In this document: positions 1 through 9,891 of the stretch, in pieces
Layout: every line of letters starts with the position of its first letter
Position numbering within the stretch: the stretch's first letter is position 1
Source: Promethearchaeota archaeon
Lineage (GTDB): Archaea > Asgardarchaeota > Lokiarchaeia > Sigyniarchaeales > SOKP01
Assembly (NCBI GenBank): GCA_016930515.1
Contig: JAFGGO010000114.1
Location: forward strand, 32,001-96,000
DNA length: 64,000 nt
Reading direction: 5' to 3'
The notes under the pieces: model-generated
Told to the model about the DNA's origin: nothing
Database searches by the model: none
Seen by the model: only the letters and a program-made list of their open reading frames with translations
Position numbers and translations under genes: made by a program

Positions 1-404
1 TAAATGGCGTATTCTCCGAATCCAACAAGCATTCCTTTGATGAAATAACACATGAATTTTTGAGGATTCTCTAATTCCTTGGCGACGTTTTCCTTATGCG
101 AAATCACAATCTCTTGTTCCGAAACATTTTTCACTTCAAATTTTCCCCATCCTAGCTGTGATAAAGTGCTAATAAATAGATTAGTCAAGTCTTTGAGAGT
201 TTTGGGTTTCATGCTAGTCTCCCAGTTTTGTATCAAGTCTCTGCCTGCCCTCTTACCGAGCCAGACAAGCAGGGAAACAACGCCTTCGCCGTATATTGAC
301 GCTAAAATATCGATGATTTGCGGTGGGAAAAAGACGAACCTTTCCTTGAACAGCTCGTACTTTCCCGTGCTATATTTTAGTCCCGTTAATTTTAAGTTCT
401 TCAT
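1..404 (-). CDS. V4R-domain (Bet3/TRAPP-like fold) protein, partial, runs off the window start
   Basis: Not in the ORF track. My translation from ATG at 404 is MKNLKLTGLKYSTGKYELFKERFVFFPPQIIDIL...WLGKRAG...LSQLGWGKFEV...MCYFIKGMLVGFGEYA, with the GWG and CxFxxGxxxG motifs typical of V4R proteins. Confidence 0.75.
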   Translation of the reverse strand, partial: MKNLKLTGLKYSTGKYELFKERFVFFPPQIIDILASIYGEGVVSLLVWLGKRAGRDLIQNWETSMKPKTLKDLTNLFISTLSQLGWGKFEVKNVSEQEIVISHKENVAKELENPQKFMCYFIKGMLVGFGEYAI

Positions 405-625
405 TATTACTATCTTTGTGATTCTATATTATATAACATTTACTAGATAAATTGACGAAAAAATTCACATTACAGGGTTTAAAAAAGTATCTAATACCTT
501 TCAAAAGTTATATTATCTTGAGATTTATATGATGATAAATCGTTGGATTGTAAATATTGGTCTAATAATCATTTATAATAGATTAACAATTAAAATCATT
601 CAATCAAAATTCTAAATCTAAAAAA

Positions 626-1588
626 ATGACCAAAATGAATTGCAATACCAATGAAATATGGACTGAAGACTTAACAAAGATTTATGGGAGAGGTCAAAAA
701 CAACTAATAGCCGTGAATAGTATAAGTTTCGCCTTAAAACCAGGTATTCACGGATTTTTAGGCCCAAACGGAGCCGGTAAAACATCTACGATAAACATGT
801 TAATAGGAGCAATCTCAGTTACAAGCGGCAAAGCAAAAATTAGGGATTTTAAGATAGGTTCCATTAAAGCGTTACGATTAATAGGATTCCTCCCGCAAAA
901 CGCTCCTTTTTACGGAAATATGACAGGACATCAATACTTATTGTACATGGCCCGTTTAAACCGCTTGACAAAAGCCGAAGCTTTGACCAAAATAGAAGAA
1001 CTCTTAATATTTTTCGATCTTGTTGAAGTAAAAGATAAAAAAATTGGAAAATATTCAGGAGGGATGAAGCAAAAATTAGGGATCGCAACAGCTTTAATTC
1101 ACGAGCCTGAAATCCTCATTTTAGACGAGCCTACTGCAAATTTAGATCCACTCGCTCGGGCAGATATTATTTCGAAGATTAAAGAATTATCAAAAAGGAT
1201 GAGCGTATTTGTATCAAGCCATATATTATCCGAAATCGAGCAGATGTGCGAGAGAGTTTTAATAATAAATAAAGGAAAGATCCTCGTTTCAGACACCATA
1301 AAAAATATAAAAAAAATGAGCTCGGCCTCAGCTAATCTCTTCGTAATTGATACAAGCGATAACAGAAAAATGATAGAAATATTAAACGCAAAGAATATGA
1401 TAAAAGAAGCACATATTAGAGAATCTGACAATAGGATCGTTGTTATAGCAAATGAAAATAACAACGATGTTTTTCAGTCAATCATTCCGCAACTGGTTGT
1501 AGAAAACAAATTGAAATTGATCGGATTTTATCAACAAGAATCTAGTTTACAAGATGTATTTGTTGAACTTATAGGAGGTGATATTTAA
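626..1588 (+). CDS. ABC-2 type transporter ATP-binding protein
   Basis: Walker A GPNGAGKT, signature YSGGMKQK, Walker B LILDEP, H-loop SSH. Confidence 0.95.
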   Translation: MTKMNCNTNEIWTEDLTKIYGRGQKQLIAVNSISFALKPGIHGFLGPNGAGKTSTINMLIGAISVTSGKAKIRDFKIGSIKALRLIGFLPQNAPFYGNMTGHQYLLYMARLNRLTKAEALTKIEELLIFFDLVEVKDKKIGKYSGGMKQKLGIATALIHEPEILILDEPTANLDPLARADIISKIKELSKRMSVFVSSHILSEIEQMCERVLIINKGKILVSDTIKNIKKMSSASANLFVIDTSDNRKMIEILNAKNMIKEAHIRESDNRIVVIANENNNDVFQSIIPQLVVENKLKLIGFYQQESSLQDVFVELIGGDI

Positions 1589-2565
1589 TGATACAAAAAA
1601 CAGTTCAGCACGAAGATTTAACCGTGTTAAGAAGATTTAAAACAAGCCCCGTACTCGAAATCGCACGCAAGACATTCTTACACGACTTATGCAATGTTAA
1701 AAGGCTTTTAATCACCTTGTTCTTGATGATATTAGTACCTTTTTTTGGAATTTTACTTGTGGATAAGAATCTAATTCCTGATATGACCACGCTTACCGGT
1801 TTCTTAGGTTTACTCGTGTTTATTTATACCTATGGACTTGTCTTCCCGATCATTATTATCATGTCGGGAACACCTCTAATTTCGGATGAATTAAACAATG
1901 GCACTATGTTAACGCTAATAAGTAAGCCCATTCGCAGAGAGGGTATTTATTTAGGAAAATTCATTGCATTATTTGCTTATGGAACCTTACTGAGTTTCGT
2001 ATCAATGTATATCGTGTCCCTCACAGGTTTTGTCAGATATCAATTTTTTGACAGCTTGGCGTTTTTTTGGATACATTTCTCGTATTCCTTCATTGTATTA
2101 ATATTATTTGGAGGGATTTCGATTGGAATTTCTGCGTTTTTTAACAGGCCGAGAAACGCAATGATGATACCCTTGATTATAGTTATCTTTTCCTTTCTAA
2201 TTGAATTATTTATCAAGCAAACAATAATGTGGAGCACTGCCATCGGAGAAAATTCGTTTTACGAGGACTTCCAATTCTATCATTTTGACATATCCTACCA
2301 CATGGCAAATGTGTACCTGTGGATGGTAAATCAAGCCGTACCATCAGCTTCAGACGAATGGGGCTTGTTTTTGCTCATGTTTGGAGTTTATAAAATCGTG
2401 CACCCCTATGTTTGTAATTTTTGGGGATGTGCCCAAGTACCTAGACCTGTATATTCGGGTTTTTATCCGCCCATTTTGTCGGGAGTTTTAATGGTTTTAT
2501 TAGGAATTATAATCTTGCTTGTTGGCTTGTTTTATCTGAAAAAAAGAGACATATATTCAAATTAA
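1588..2565 (+). CDS. ABC-2 type transporter permease
   Basis: About 6 hydrophobic helices and an ISDELNNGTMLTLISKPIRR...GKF motif. Translationally coupled to the ATPase, with SD GGAGGTGA upstream. Confidence 0.9.
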   Translation: MIQKTVQHEDLTVLRRFKTSPVLEIARKTFLHDLCNVKRLLITLFLMILVPFFGILLVDKNLIPDMTTLTGFLGLLVFIYTYGLVFPIIIIMSGTPLISDELNNGTMLTLISKPIRREGIYLGKFIALFAYGTLLSFVSMYIVSLTGFVRYQFFDSLAFFWIHFSYSFIVLILFGGISIGISAFFNRPRNAMMIPLIIVIFSFLIELFIKQTIMWSTAIGENSFYEDFQFYHFDISYHMANVYLWMVNQAVPSASDEWGLFLLMFGVYKIVHPYVCNFWGCAQVPRPVYSGFYPPILSGVLMVLLGIIILLVGLFYLKKRDIYSN

Positions 2566-2587
2566 ATTAAAAAGAGGTGAATTAAAA

Positions 2588-3370
2588 ACGAAGATCTATA
2601 AAATAGCTATCACATGCTTGCTTGGAACGCTTTTATTTGTTCCAATAATTGCTCGAAATGGGAATTGTAATTACCAAATTGGCGAACAGTCACTTGTCGT
2701 AACACCTAGATCCTATGTGGAGTGGAATGTTACGGAATGCCATAATTACGGAATGTGGCATAATCATGCATATAGGTACTCTTCTGTAAACGATAAAATT
2801 AGGTTCACATTTATAGAGGAAGGATATTTTACGGATTACGACACAATAGAGGATTATCCCTGTATCGTGGCAAAGTTGGACTATTATTTCTCTTCAATCA
2901 ACGATTGGAGAGAGTTAGATATCTCGTCTACATATTTAATATACGATCCAGACGATAAATCTTATTTTAGCATAGAAACGCCTTGGGGATTTTGGGATCC
3001 ATACCTGCTATTCGTATTTCCATCCACGATAGACTTGAATAGCTTGATTTATTCCTCTTTCGTACAAGAGGAATATTTCTTACATGATTATGATAATTAC
3101 CACATAAATACCAATTCGATTAATCTAACCAATAGCGACGGTTCTTACAACTACATGGAACTAAGGCTTGATGGAATCGTGAATAGATGGGAATATAGGG
3201 ACAATTGGAGCGATACTCAAATATCCGTGAGTTATCTGGGTCAAGGAAATCTCCAAGATTCCAGCGAAAGCATTCCCTTTGGAACAGGAGTTTTTATTGG
3301 TGTAGGTATATGCGTGATTGGCGTTGTGATTGTTGTTCATAAAAAACGCTTGACCGCGGAAAATCTTTAG
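2588..3370 (+). CDS. Secreted/surface protein with C-terminal Loki-CTERM-like anchor
   Basis: C-terminus SIPFG + hydrophobic helix + KKR. A full signal peptide (xKIYKIAITCLLGTLLFVP) appears only if translation starts at ACG 2588, 7 nt after SD GAGGTGA. The ORF track start is TTG 2618. Confidence 0.7.
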   Translation, partial: TKIYKIAITCLLGTLLFVPIIARNGNCNYQIGEQSLVVTPRSYVEWNVTECHNYGMWHNHAYRYSSVNDKIRFTFIEEGYFTDYDTIEDYPCIVAKLDYYFSSINDWRELDISSTYLIYDPDDKSYFSIETPWGFWDPYLLFVFPSTIDLNSLIYSSFVQEEYFLHDYDNYHINTNSINLTNSDGSYNYMELRLDGIVNRWEYRDNWSDTQISVSYLGQGNLQDSSESIPFGTGVFIGVGICVIGVVIVVHKKRLTAENL

Positions 3371-3531
3371 TGCTAGATTTATATCCTTTTTTTTTTTCTT
3401 CTTCTCTTTAAGCATACTAATATTTCTTAAAGCTCTTAAAATAGAATCATGCAATATATTTATGTAGACTCTTAGTTTATATATATCACCATTAATAAGA
3501 ATTATCTACACTTTAGATACCTTAAATTAGA

Positions 3532-4094
3532 ATGATGGAAACCTGGAAAGAATTAAAAAATGTTTTAATAAATTACAAAACCGGGAATTATCAACATAGG
3601 TCCTATTGTTCTGAAGCGGATGTTACTAAAGCTTTAGACGAAAAAAAGATATTGTATTTCCAGGTATAATTTATCCTATCGATTTATTTTTATTATTTAT
3701 ACCGATTTTGGTGATTGTTATTTACATTATTATGACAATTGGTTATACATTAAGGTGGGAGATGATATTATTTAACACATTATTCTACATTGTATTGTTA
3801 AATATTGAATTATTGAGTATTTTATAGGTATTTCTTAAATCAAGAATTTATATAGTTATCGGTCCTCAAGATATTCTAAAAATAGGCTATTTTAAAGAAG
3901 AGAAATTTTATTTCGGGAATTCAATAGATAATATCCTATATCTTAAAGATGAATTCGTGATTAATCGAAAAATTCGACTTTATAACAAATTACAACCATA
4001 AAGAATTTCCCGATAGAAATTGGATGAAATTGTTTGGAGATTTAATCCTTTCAATATGGAGCGAGAGAGAAAAATAGCAACAGATACAAAATAA
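3532..4094 (+). pseudogene. Frameshifted membrane-protein remnant
   Basis: Consecutive coding-like segments in different frames: METWKELKNVL..., then DIVFPGIIYPIDLFLLFIPILVIVIY..., then FLKSRIYIVIGPQDILKIG.... End point approximate. Confidence 0.45.
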
Positions 4095-4158
4095 CCTAAA
4101 TTTATTAATTGAATGATCCTTCCATTTAAATGAGAGTAAAAAGATAAAGAAAGTAGAT

Positions 4159-4878
4159 TTATTTCAAATTATTCAAGAATGCTCCAATTTCGTCCTTGGA
4201 ACATATCTTGAATTGCTTGTGCTCGGATTTGACATAGCTAAGCCTTAAGGTGTCCTTGGTGATCTCGTCTTCCACGGACTCTTTCAAGGCGTTTAGTGCC
4301 AAGTTGATGAGTTCGTCAAAAGTGAGGTCTGGCTTATAGTTGTTCGTGATGTATTCACGGGCGGTAGTTTCTCCGCTTCCGATGGCATAACCCTTGAAAG
4401 ACCTGTAAATTCCGCTCGGACTCGTGGTATATATTTGCGTTCCCTTAGCGTCAATTCCAATGAAAAAAAGAGCACATCCAAATGGTCTAATACCGCCGTA
4501 TTGTGTGTACATCTGCTTCATATCAGCAATCGTCTTGACGAGCATGCTAAGGCGGACGGGTTCGTCGTAGGTTAACCTGAACGACTGCGCTTGAACCCGA
4601 GCGTAATTAATAAGCATTCTCGAGTCTGCGTGCAAGCCCGAGATTGCAACTCCAATGTGTTGATCTATTTGAAAAATCTTATCGATGGCGTCGGCATCCA
4701 TGAGGGTCGATGGGACCTTAATTTGCGCTGCAAGGCAGACATCCGTATTGGATTTAACCGCAACAGCCAGTGTACCTCGCCTAACCGCTTCTAGAGCATA
4801 TTCAACTTGATATAGCCTCCCTTCAGGGCTAAAAACCGTGAGAGCTCTGTCATATGCCCTTCCTCCTGCACCAAACAT
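4159..4878 (-). CDS. psmA: 20S proteasome alpha subunit
   Basis: N-terminal YDRALTVFSPEGRLYQVEYA signature and GGIRPFG motif. Confidence 0.97.
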   Translation of the reverse strand: MFGAGGRAYDRALTVFSPEGRLYQVEYALEAVRRGTLAVAVKSNTDVCLAAQIKVPSTLMDADAIDKIFQIDQHIGVAISGLHADSRMLINYARVQAQSFRLTYDEPVRLSMLVKTIADMKQMYTQYGGIRPFGCALFFIGIDAKGTQIYTTSPSGIYRSFKGYAIGSGETTAREYITNNYKPDLTFDELINLALNALKESVEDEITKDTLRLSYVKSEHKQFKICSKDEIGAFLNNLK

Positions 4879-4988
4879 GATGATCGTGAATTATTATTTT
4901 AATTTTATATTGAGTTGATTACGATATTAACTATCTAAATCAACAACAGAATTTTAATTTAATTGATTTTTTTTATAAAAAAGAGTGC

Positions 4989-5537
4989 TTATATTTTTCC
5001 AGAACTTTTTAAAATGGAAATTGTCAGGTCCTTGAAAATGTTTCCTATCTTGATGTCTTGCTTGGCGCTCGCTTCGATGTACGATATTGCCCCTAGCTCG
5101 TTCTTGTAAGATTCACCGTCTTGTGAGCTCACCTCTCTCGTATCGTCGGTGGTTATGTCTAGCTTGTTTCCTACTAGGATATATGGTTTACCAGCACCAA
5201 TGACTTTTTCAACTTCGCTCTTCCAACCTGCCAAGTTTGCAAAAGAGCTCCGCCTCGTCAGATCAAATACGAAGACAACGCCGCCACTCCCCCGATAAAA
5301 AGGAGGTCGGACGAACGAAAAGTGTTTTTGTCCTGCCAAATCCCATAATTGTAATTTTACGGTGACATTTGGATATTCGGGCAATTCCACGGTCTTTGTA
5401 GAGAAGTTGGACCCTATAGTCATGATATAATTTTCCTTGAAAGTGTTTTCGCAGAATCGAAGGACCATCGAGGTCTTTCCAACCCCTCCATCGCCAACAA
5501 CGCAAATCTTATAGATGTAATTCTTGTTATCCGACAT
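4989..5537 (-). CDS. Rab-like small GTPase
   Basis: G1 GDGGVGKT, G2 TIG, G3 WDLAGQ, G4 NKLD, G5 EASAK. No C-terminal prenylation Cys. Confidence 0.95.
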   Translation of the reverse strand: MSDNKNYIYKICVVGDGGVGKTSMVLRFCENTFKENYIMTIGSNFSTKTVELPEYPNVTVKLQLWDLAGQKHFSFVRPPFYRGSGGVVFVFDLTRRSSFANLAGWKSEVEKVIGAGKPYILVGNKLDITTDDTREVSSQDGESYKNELGAISYIEASAKQDIKIGNIFKDLTISILKSSGKI

Positions 5538-5746
5538 GATTCAAAATATGCAATTTGTATTTACTAATAATGACAATAAATCAATATTGTAAATATTGCT
5601 TAAAAAATTTTTATTTTATTTACAACAAGATATTAATCCTACTATTTTAATGTATTTTTTTTATAATCGAAATAAAAAACATTTTAATAATAAAATCGAG
5701 ATTAGTAAATAAATTAAATAAACAAGAATGGACAAGGAGGATTAAT

Positions 5747-6031
5747 ATGGATAAGCTAGCAGATAAGCTTTCTCCAGAGCTTCAAGAAAAAATAGGAAAA
5801 AGCGTGGAAAAAGTATTTTCTAAAATGCTTGAAAAAGCATCAAAAGGAGAATCAGTAGAAGGTTTAATAAAAGCATTACTCGTAGAAAAAGTAATGAACA
5901 TGGTTGGTGCTCTCATCAAGCGTCCCGTCGTTAAAAAATTAGCTAAAGTGGCAGTAAAAAAAAGAGTGGATACCATGTGGGAGAAAAGAAAGGACCAACT
6001 ACTTTCGAAGATAAAAATAGAACTCCCTTAA
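5747..6031 (+). CDS. Small basic helical hypothetical protein
   Basis: SD-like GGAGG upstream of the ATG. Lys-rich 94 aa, with the stop overlapping that of the convergent gene. Confidence 0.7.
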   Translation: MDKLADKLSPELQEKIGKSVEKVFSKMLEKASKGESVEGLIKALLVEKVMNMVGALIKRPVVKKLAKVAVKKRVDTMWEKRKDQLLSKIKIELP

Positions 6032-7749
6032 TTGGTTCTATTTCGTAATTGTTTTTTATCAATGTTACCTTCAGCAGTTAAGGGTAAATCGTCTACAAAT
6101 TGAATGATTTTTGGTACTTCGTACGGAGAACATCGTTTTCGGGCAAAATCCTCGATTTCTTCCTTGAGTGATTTCTCATCTTTATCTGTTTGATAATCTT
6201 CATCTATTTTAATAAAAGCTTTCACGATTTCTGAACCAGGCCGTTTTGGATTTGGAACGCCAATTATTGCGAGGTTATCAATGGCGGGATGCCTATAAAT
6301 TGTTTCTTCGACTTTCTTTGAAAAAACCTTGTATCCCGATACGATTATCATATCCTTACTTCGATCCACTATCTTGAGATATCCCTCTTCGTCCATCACG
6401 GCAATGTCGCCCGTGTGAAAAAAGCCTTCTTCATCAATCGCGTTCTTCGTTTCTTCGGGCTTGTTGTAATAGCCCTGCATTACTTGCGGACCTCTAACAA
6501 AGATTTCTCCAGGAGCTCCTAAAGGTACTTCTTTATTAGAAATAACATCCACGATCTTGATCTCAGTATTCATAATGGGCAAACCAATCGACCCGGGTTT
6601 TTTCTTTCCCTTAAAAGGATTAATGGTGATTACCGGAGAAGTTTCGGTCATGCCGTATAATTCTAATAATTTTCCCTCCCCGATCACGGATTCTAAATCT
6701 TCGTAGATTTCAAGAGGGAAAGGAGCTGCGGATGTGAAGCAATATTTTAGATTGGAAAAGTCAAGTTTTTTGAAATTTTCGTTATTAAGTAAGAGTTGGT
6801 AAAGAACAGGAACATTAGTTATTATTGAGGGTCGATTATTTTTTAGAGCATCAATGATATAGTTGATATCACGAGGGTCCGGCACGAGTACTTGTTTCTG
6901 AGCGTTAAACAAGCAATTTAAGCAGAAAGACAATCCAGCTATGTGAAAAAAAGGGAAACCAGTGCAAGCAACGTCCTCTCCTCTTTTTAATCCAAACCAT
7001 TCATTTAATATCACGAGGTTTGAAAGAATATTCGAATGAGTTAACATTGCACCTTTTGGGGGTCCCGTCGTGCCACCCGTATATTGTATGCAAGCAATAG
7101 CGGAAGCGTCATGATCCACATCTAACGGTGTCGAGGGATATTTTTCTAAGATATCTTCGTGAAAATCCAGAAGACCTTTCCGGAAGAGTGGTTTTATTCG
7201 ATTTTTCGTGTATCTACTTTTAAGAGTGTCCGAATCGCTTCTAAATTTTGATATAAAAGCATTGAAATCGCTAATAACAACGAGTTTTAATTGAGGAAGA
7301 GTAGATATAATTTTTTCAACTCGATTAACAAAGTAAGTATCTAGCGTTACGAGTGCAACCTTTTTTCCTGCTTCTAATATATCGCTGAGTTGGTATTGGA
7401 TTTGAACATCTCTAGAAAGAATGCTAACGCCCGAGACGATACAACCCGCTTTTAAGGTTCCTATTAAAGCTATTACATATTCGATATTATTCGGTAAGTG
7501 GATCGCAACCACGTCTCCCTCTTCTAATCCGTTCTCGAGTAATGCGTGGGCAAACTGATTTGAATATGCGTTTAATTGATTGAAAGTAAGTTCCACTCCT
7601 AAAAATTCTAGCGCGATCTTGTCTGGAAAATCGTCTATAGATTTTTGAATTGCGTTAGCAATCGAACCTAACGATTCCCACCTATCAGGATCCAAGTCCT
7701 CAAGACCTTCGTCCCAATATTTTTTCCAAAATCGATCTTCATGCGACAT
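6028..7749 (-). CDS. Long-chain acyl-CoA synthetase (AMP-binding/ANL family)
   Basis: YTGGTTGPPKG, YGMTE, TGD and DRSKD motifs. The A10 motif reads AEGNID instead of GKI. Confidence 0.92.
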   Translation of the reverse strand: MSHEDRFWKKYWDEGLEDLDPDRWESLGSIANAIQKSIDDFPDKIALEFLGVELTFNQLNAYSNQFAHALLENGLEEGDVVAIHLPNNIEYVIALIGTLKAGCIVSGVSILSRDVQIQYQLSDILEAGKKVALVTLDTYFVNRVEKIISTLPQLKLVVISDFNAFISKFRSDSDTLKSRYTKNRIKPLFRKGLLDFHEDILEKYPSTPLDVDHDASAIACIQYTGGTTGPPKGAMLTHSNILSNLVILNEWFGLKRGEDVACTGFPFFHIAGLSFCLNCLFNAQKQVLVPDPRDINYIIDALKNNRPSIITNVPVLYQLLLNNENFKKLDFSNLKYCFTSAAPFPLEIYEDLESVIGEGKLLELYGMTETSPVITINPFKGKKKPGSIGLPIMNTEIKIVDVISNKEVPLGAPGEIFVRGPQVMQGYYNKPEETKNAIDEEGFFHTGDIAVMDEEGYLKIVDRSKDMIIVSGYKVFSKKVEETIYRHPAIDNLAIIGVPNPKRPGSEIVKAFIKIDEDYQTDKDEKSLKEEIEDFARKRCSPYEVPKIIQFVDDLPLTAEGNIDKKQLRNRTN

Positions 7750-7904
7750 TTGGACTTAAAAAATTACGATTTAATCTCTATTTGTTTAACCAAAGAATAA
7801 ATAATTAAAGAATTGGTGTTATAAATTTCTTTTTAAAGTTCCATCGAACAATATTCAAACTCTCATTCACACTGATTATTCGTTTTGTTTAATCACTAAA
7901 AAAA

Positions 7905-9725
7905 CTATTTCTTTCTATTTTTCACAGCATCATAAGTATTTGCCACAATATCCTCATCAAGCCATTCTTCTTTGAGGAGAAATCGTTGGATGAACTGGTT
8001 TGGATTCTTTGGAATTTCTGTTCTAAATTCAATATATCTAGGAACCATAAAGTACGCAAGTTTTTCTTTCATAAACTCGTACAATTGCTCGTATGAAAGC
8101 GCTCCTTTTTTCTTTTGTACAACACATATTTTTAATTCTTTTTTTTGGGTTGTTTTGTCTATAACCTCAAAAACTGCACTTTCTACAACAAGTGGATGAG
8201 AATTTGCAACACGCTCAACATCCATAGCGAAAAAAATTTCGTTATTACGTTCGATCATATCGTCCTTTCTTCCCAAGAAATAGATATAGCCCTCGTGATC
8301 TTTATAACCAAAATCACCTGTAAATACCCAGCGGTCTGGCCCAATTTTCATTGAAGTATCGTCTTCCAAGTTATAATACTCGAATTGAACGGGTAATTTC
8401 GCTCGCGAACATATTTCACCGATGTTATCTCTACCAGGGGGTAGCTCGTTTCCTTTCGAATCTACTATCTTTATCTCGTATCCTTTAGCAGGTTTTCCTA
8501 CTGAACCGCTTTTACCGCCTTTCGAACCCAAGATATTCATGGCTATTCCCACGCCTTCGATTAAGGTCCAAAATTCAATTATTTGGATTCCAAACCTTCT
8601 TTCTATCGTATCCCATATGGTTTTCAAGGCTCCTGGACCAAATGCGTATTTAATCGAGTGTTTTCTCTCTTTTTCTGAAGGAGGTTGATTAACTAGTTCA
8701 GACAAATACGCAGAATAATAACAAAAACAATCGGGCTTATATCGATCAATATCGTCCCAAAAGGTGTTCACATCGAATTTTTCAGTTAGCACGATTGATT
8801 TATTATAATACATTGCAGGAATTACGATTAAATATCTCGCTAGCGCTTGAGCTAAAGGTAATGGACAATAGAACTTGTTCGGTCCGAGGCCAGGTCCTAA
8901 TTCTTCAAATTCTCTTCCTACAGTAATACCAGATAGCGTGTAAAAGTTCCAATAAAAAACACCTTTCGGATTTCCTGTGGTTCCAGAAGTGTAAGAAATT
9001 TCAAGTGGAGAATGACTTCTAATGTCGATGTTTGGATTAGAATCGTCTTCTGATATAATTTCATTGAAATCTATTTCGTCATCATTAAAAATATGTGTTT
9101 TTGGAACATTTCGAATAATAATCGTCGAAATATTTTTGTAATTATCCCTATATTCTTTAAAAAACTTGTAAAATTCGTAGTCGATAATTATGATCTCAGT
9201 ATCGCTGTTTTTTAAGATGTATTCTATAATTGACAATCGAAATGACATGTTGATTGAAACGAACATGGCACCTATTTTCGCGATTGCAAACCAGGTAAAA
9301 AGTATTTCAGGACAGTTTGGGAACAATACGGCTATTTTAGGGGTTTTTAACTTTAACTTTTCGAGTAATTTTAAAAGTCCATTTGCATACCTGTTTGAAA
9401 TGTTATTTACATCTTGATAAGAATAAACCTGATCCTTGAAATACAGGAATGGCAAACCTTTATTCAATAAGGCTTTATCCTCCACAATTCTTGCAACAGT
9501 AGCGTCTTCAATTCCAAACCTTTCAGTAATCTCGTGTAAATCATAACTTTTTTTTATAATAATACTTCCTCCCCTGAGCTCTACATTGACTTCTTCTTTA
9601 TCCCTAAACGGAAAAGAAGGATCTTTCGATATTTTACTAGGAATATAAACCCATAGACTGCTATAACCTCGATTTCCTGATTTTTTCTTCGATATCTTCC
9701 CTTTACCCGATTTCACAATTTTCAC
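7905..9725 (-). CDS. CaiC-like acyl-CoA ligase homologue with N-terminal AbrB-like domain
   Basis: YTSGTTGNPKG, TGD and GRKDD motifs. The N-terminal ~60 aa (SLWVYIPSKISKDPSFPFRDKEEVNVEL...IIIKK) match the AbrB/MazE swapped-hairpin pattern. Confidence 0.85.
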   Translation of the reverse strand: MKIVKSGKGKISKKKSGNRGYSSLWVYIPSKISKDPSFPFRDKEEVNVELRGGSIIIKKSYDLHEITERFGIEDATVARIVEDKALLNKGLPFLYFKDQVYSYQDVNNISNRYANGLLKLLEKLKLKTPKIAVLFPNCPEILFTWFAIAKIGAMFVSINMSFRLSIIEYILKNSDTEIIIIDYEFYKFFKEYRDNYKNISTIIIRNVPKTHIFNDDEIDFNEIISEDDSNPNIDIRSHSPLEISYTSGTTGNPKGVFYWNFYTLSGITVGREFEELGPGLGPNKFYCPLPLAQALARYLIVIPAMYYNKSIVLTEKFDVNTFWDDIDRYKPDCFCYYSAYLSELVNQPPSEKERKHSIKYAFGPGALKTIWDTIERRFGIQIIEFWTLIEGVGIAMNILGSKGGKSGSVGKPAKGYEIKIVDSKGNELPPGRDNIGEICSRAKLPVQFEYYNLEDDTSMKIGPDRWVFTGDFGYKDHEGYIYFLGRKDDMIERNNEIFFAMDVERVANSHPLVVESAVFEVIDKTTQKKELKICVVQKKKGALSYEQLYEFMKEKLAYFMVPRYIEFRTEIPKNPNQFIQRFLLKEEWLDEDIVANTYDAVKNRKK

Positions 9726-9891
9726 AATGATTTTTTACTTAAGTACTTTTATGATTAGTTCGTCAAAAAAGATTACTAATTTTCTTCGAAATATTACCAT
9801 TATAATTGAAAAATCTGAGAATAAGAAGAAAAAAGAATTTTTATTTTTTTTGTAATAAAAATAAATACGTTAGAACAATGCAATGTCTAAT

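Noticed and set aside
79-450. Plus-strand 123-aa ORF
   Set aside because: Antisense shadow of the V4R gene; no motifs.
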